Source: Pseudomonadota bacterium (GTDB lineage Bacteria; Bdellovibrionota; FAC87; UBA2466). Taken from it: a stretch of DNA of 30,361 bases. Below the pieces are notes generated by a model. The model saw only the letters and a list, made by a program, of their open reading frames with translations. It was not told the DNA's origin and did not search any database. The position numbers and the translations under genes were made by a program. This document shows, piece after piece, positions 27,281 to 30,361 of this stretch; the first letter of the stretch is position 1, and each line of letters starts with the position of its first letter. The stretch covers positions 1 through 30,361 of the forward strand of contig JAYUGC010000095.1 of assembly GCA_043767805.1 (NCBI GenBank). Direction: 5' to 3'.

Positions 27281-28150
27281 CTAGAACTGAGAGCTCACGA
27301 TGTGACCCAGCGCCGTGAAGACATTGTTATAGGCGCGGCGATTCACCCGGACTTTCTTTCCGGAGTTGCCTTCTAGCGTCCAGACGAACTCTTGGCCGCC
27401 ACCAAGATTTTCGTACGCCAGAAACATTCCCGAGTGGTTGGTGCCGAGGACGTCGTCGGTATCCATGGCGACGTAATCGCCCCGGCGCGCGATGTTGGGG
27501 ATACCGCTGCGGTTATAGAACGCGCCGCCCACGCGAAAGTATTCCATTAGAACGGCGAAGTGGCCAATCCCCTCGATGTTCTTTAAAGAGCCGGTAGCGA
27601 CCCAAGAGTAAAACTCAGAGCACCAGGCTACGCCCACATCGGCGCCGTAGCGAGTGCCGTCGACCGCAACCGTGCCGCCTTGCCCCACCAACCCCTGTTG
27701 GGAATCGTAATATTCCTTCAGGCCCTTTAACACCATACGAGTACGGATAATGCTTTTCGGATCAGTGCCAGTGGTCGTGGTGTAATAGTCGCTGGACTGG
27801 GCCACGTGAATGCCGTTGGCGTGATATAGGTTCACACGAGCGAGGTACATAGTCGTTTCTTTTAAGCCCTTCAAGGTAACGGCGAAGAAGGTTTTTCCGG
27901 GCAAAACCCCGACACTGATTTTCTCCAGGGGGCCGGTCAAAAGCTGGGTACTCGCCGAGAGGGGCGCGTACTGTACCTGAGCGTACAGGTCGGTCATGGC
28001 CGCTATCTGCGGCGAGTTAATTTGGACGGGTATCGTGAAGCCGGAGGCGGTATTCCCAATCCCTTGGGCTAGATACGCCGGCTCCAAGACAGCCGCCGAA
28101 AACGCCTGAGTTGAAACATAGAGACCGAGAGCGAGCAGATGACGAACCAT
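27281..28150 (-). CDS. Secreted CHAP-domain amidase/peptidase with FN3-like N-terminal domain
   Basis: GAGGAG RBS, signal peptide, VTLKGLKETTMY (FN3-like), AWCSEFYSWV, RGD, NHSGM, TLEGN. Confidence 0.85.
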   Translation of the reverse strand: MVRHLLALGLYVSTQAFSAAVLEPAYLAQGIGNTASGFTIPVQINSPQIAAMTDLYAQVQYAPLSASTQLLTGPLEKISVGVLPGKTFFAVTLKGLKETTMYLARVNLYHANGIHVAQSSDYYTTTTGTDPKSIIRTRMVLKGLKEYYDSQQGLVGQGGTVAVDGTRYGADVGVAWCSEFYSWVATGSLKNIEGIGHFAVLMEYFRVGGAFYNRSGIPNIARRGDYVAMDTDDVLGTNHSGMFLAYENLGGGQEFVWTLEGNSGKKVRVNRRAYNNVFTALGHIVSSQF

Positions 28151-28268
28151 TTTTTGACTCCTCGAAATTGTTCCCCACTCGGACACGCGTAAGGAATGGC
28201 AAAAATGGCTCAAAACACGCTCCCCTCACCCTCTTGCCGCTTTTCGCCGGAAGGCTCATATCCCGTTC

Positions 28269-28472
28269 ATGAAAACTTACCAATATCTCAGAGAGCCAAA
28301 CTTACACTCCCTCCTGATTCCGTTTCCCAATCTCGAAAACAATTCGGACCACGAGCTCCACGATGATTGCCCTGTCTGTCAGTTGCTTAAGCAGCAGATC
28401 GATAGCGGAGAAGTCATTCCGTACCAATTCTCCTTGGATGACGAAGAGGACGAGCTCGGCCATCCAACGTGA
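28269..28472 (+). CDS. Small acidic hypothetical protein with HxxHDDCPVC motif
   Basis: TTGCCG-17-CATATC promoter 6 nt before the ATG; CxxC motif. Confidence 0.55.
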   Translation: MKTYQYLREPNLHSLLIPFPNLENNSDHELHDDCPVCQLLKQQIDSGEVIPYQFSLDDEEDELGHPT

Positions 28473-28550
28473 GCCGAAATCTCTATATCTGGCGCGCAAA
28501 GCGGACTGGTACAATGCGGGAAAATTTCTCGCAGAGGATCGGAACCACCA

Positions 28551-29090
28551 ATGAAGCTCAAACCTCCCGCTTTGAATAGTAACGAAGTCACCCCACGCAC
28601 TGGCTCGGGATACCCTGAGCCATTCCGAAGCCGCGTCCTTCCGCGCGAGAAGCGCGCCCTCGGGGATGCGGTGGGGTTAACGAAGGTAGGGATAAATTTG
28701 ACGACGCTACCCCCGGGTAAGGAGTCGGCGATGCGTCACTGGCATACCCGGGAAGACGAGTTCGTCTTTATACTCGAAGGCGAAGTACTGCTGCGTACGG
28801 ACGAGGGCGAGCAAATCCTCACTCCCGGAATGAGCGCCGGCTTTCCCGCAGGCAAGAAGAATGGTCATCACCTCATTAACCGGGGAACAAAGACGGCTCG
28901 CTACTTGGAGATGAGTAACCGCGACCCGCAAGACACGGCGGAGTATCCGGACGACGATCTGGCCTATGCAAAGGGTCCCGATGGCAAGGCGCGCTTCTCC
29001 CACAAAGACGGCAGTGCCTACATGATGGTAGGGAAAAGTGAGCTCAATAACTCGCTCATGGTTGATTTCCCCCGGAACGGTCTCGAGTAG
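28551..29090 (+). CDS. Cupin domain protein
   Basis: RHWHTREDEFVFILEGE...AGFPAG..NGHHLIN, YPDDDL, HKDG. Confidence 0.92.
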   Translation: MKLKPPALNSNEVTPRTGSGYPEPFRSRVLPREKRALGDAVGLTKVGINLTTLPPGKESAMRHWHTREDEFVFILEGEVLLRTDEGEQILTPGMSAGFPAGKKNGHHLINRGTKTARYLEMSNRDPQDTAEYPDDDLAYAKGPDGKARFSHKDGSAYMMVGKSELNNSLMVDFPRNGLE

Positions 29091-30018
29091 TTCCCAGTTC
29101 ACTGCCCCGCTTAGGCCAAATGACCGAAGCCAGAATCGATAGACCGAGAATCCCAAGCACCGCCCCAAGGGCCACGGGAGTTGGGATTTTGTAGGCATCC
29201 ATAACCAGCATCTTCACGCCTACGAAAATCAGAATCCCCGACAGGCCAAACTTCAAGTAATGGAACATTTCCACTAGCCCCGAAACTGCAAAATATAGAG
29301 AACGCAGTCCCAGGATAGCAAACGCGTTCGACGTATAGACGATGAAAGGGTCGGAGCTTATGGCGAGAATCGCGGGGATGGAATCCACCGCGAAGACAAG
29401 ATCGGTTACTTCAACCATAAGAAGTGCCGCAAAAAGAGGAGTGGCGAGAAGCCTTCCGTTCTCACGGACAAAAAACGTGGAGCTTTCATACGAGTGGGTA
29501 AAGGGTATGAATTTTCTGAGGAGGCGCAGGACAATATTCCTGTCAATCTGAACTTCTTCTTTTTTTGGCAGCGCCATCTTTATGCCGGACAGAACGAGAA
29601 AGCCGCCAAATACGAAGATCACCCAGTGGTAGCGCTGAATGAGAGCGATCCCGGCCATGATAAAAACGGCTCGCATGGCAAGCGCGCCTAGAATTCCCCA
29701 GAAAAGAACCTTGTGTTGGTAGCGATCGGGAACCCGAAAGAAAGTGAAGATCATCAGAATGACAAAGATGTTATCAATGCTCAGGGATTTTTCGATGAGA
29801 TAGCCCGTTAGGAACTCCAGCGCCGGCTGGCTTCCGGCCAGGAGGTAAATCCCAAGATTGAAAAGCAGGGCAAAAGCTATCCAGACCGCAGTCCAGCCAA
29901 GCGCTTCCTTAAATCCCACTTTGTGCGCTTTTCGGTGAAACACTCCGAGATCCAACGCCAGCATGGCAAGAACGAAGACGTTGAAGCCTACCCATAGATA
30001 GGGATTTTGGCTCATCAT
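29056..30018 (-). CDS. TerC/Alx family membrane protein
   Basis: LALDLG, GYLIEKSLSIDNIFV, DLVFAVDSIPA, TSNAFAILGLRSLY. Confidence 0.95.
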   Translation of the reverse strand: MMSQNPYLWVGFNVFVLAMLALDLGVFHRKAHKVGFKEALGWTAVWIAFALLFNLGIYLLAGSQPALEFLTGYLIEKSLSIDNIFVILMIFTFFRVPDRYQHKVLFWGILGALAMRAVFIMAGIALIQRYHWVIFVFGGFLVLSGIKMALPKKEEVQIDRNIVLRLLRKFIPFTHSYESSTFFVRENGRLLATPLFAALLMVEVTDLVFAVDSIPAILAISSDPFIVYTSNAFAILGLRSLYFAVSGLVEMFHYLKFGLSGILIFVGVKMLVMDAYKIPTPVALGAVLGILGLSILASVIWPKRGSELGTTRDRSGGNQP

Positions 30019-30047
30019 AAGTCTAACCTCTTAACTGACATAGACCA

Positions 30048-30361
30048 CTAGGCCCTCTCCGTCATGCGAAGAGCTTTGATCCGGACATCGAGATCAGGGT
30101 GAGTCGCAAATAGCGCCATGAGCCCTGAGGACTTGCCGGTGATTTTGAGAGAGGCGAGTGAAGCGTGCTCGGTATCCACCCTCTCAACGTTACGTTTCAG
30201 GCATTCCAGGGCATGCACCATTTTCTCTTTTCCGCCAAGTTTGGCACCGCCGTTATCGGCGCGAAATTCCCGACGACGGGAGAAGTAGGCCACCACAATC
30301 GCTCCCAGAAGACTGAATAGGATCTCAAAGACGATAACCGCCACAAAGTGAATCATCGGAG
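30048..30361 (-). CDS. htpX: HtpX-like M48 membrane protease, 3' part (5' end beyond the right edge)
   Basis: YFSRRREFRAD, ALECL, LFATHPDLDVRI. Confidence 0.9.
   Translation of the reverse strand, partial: PMIHFVAVIVFEILFSLLGAIVVAYFSRRREFRADNGGAKLGGKEKMVHALECLKRNVERVDTEHASLASLKITGKSSGLMALFATHPDLDVRIKALRMTERA

Noticed and set aside
30019..30047. yybP-ykoY riboswitch before terC
   Set aside because: Only 29 nt separate htpX and terC; any such leader would lie upstream of htpX, outside the window.
1..30361. CRISPR array, tRNA, rRNA, IS elements, known defence systems
   Set aside because: No regularly spaced repeats, cloverleafs, transposases or recognisable defence domains seen by eye.

Overview
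A gene-dense, roughly 55-60% GC (by eye) bacterial accessory/stress region. The pilin-like protein and the general gene repertoire suggest a Bdellovibrionota/Myxococcota-like lineage (inference only). No rRNA, tRNA, CRISPR array, transposase or prophage is visible. The left third holds general-stress genes: a CHASE3-GAF hybrid histidine kinase with three receivers (running off the left edge), a REC-histidine kinase, PPK2, DNA topoisomerase IB and large-subunit catalase KatE. Three sigma54-like motifs precede the SDR remnant, topoisomerase IB and katE. The middle holds MarR/SDR, glutaredoxin, an alpha/beta hydrolase, an atypical Zn-finger SDR, an SRPBCC-ArsR pair and a BlaI + M56-peptidase/FtsI-like transpeptidase operon; the three regulators have visible operators. 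The right part holds a methyltransferase, an SRPBCC protein, a PilA-like protein with a Sec-type rather than prepilin signal, DAGK + metallophosphoesterase, MAPEG, a CxxCH protein, a CHAP amidase, a cupin, TerC and the 3' end of htpX. Unusual themes are: (i) about nine short gene remnants, several being the head of one gene joined to the tail of another; (ii) an apparently soluble, non-polymerising pilin; (iii) a BlaR-like receptor whose sensor is a class B PBP domain, with no beta-lactamase nearby; (iv) many apparently leaderless genes. All family assignments come from motif recognition by eye, not database searches.
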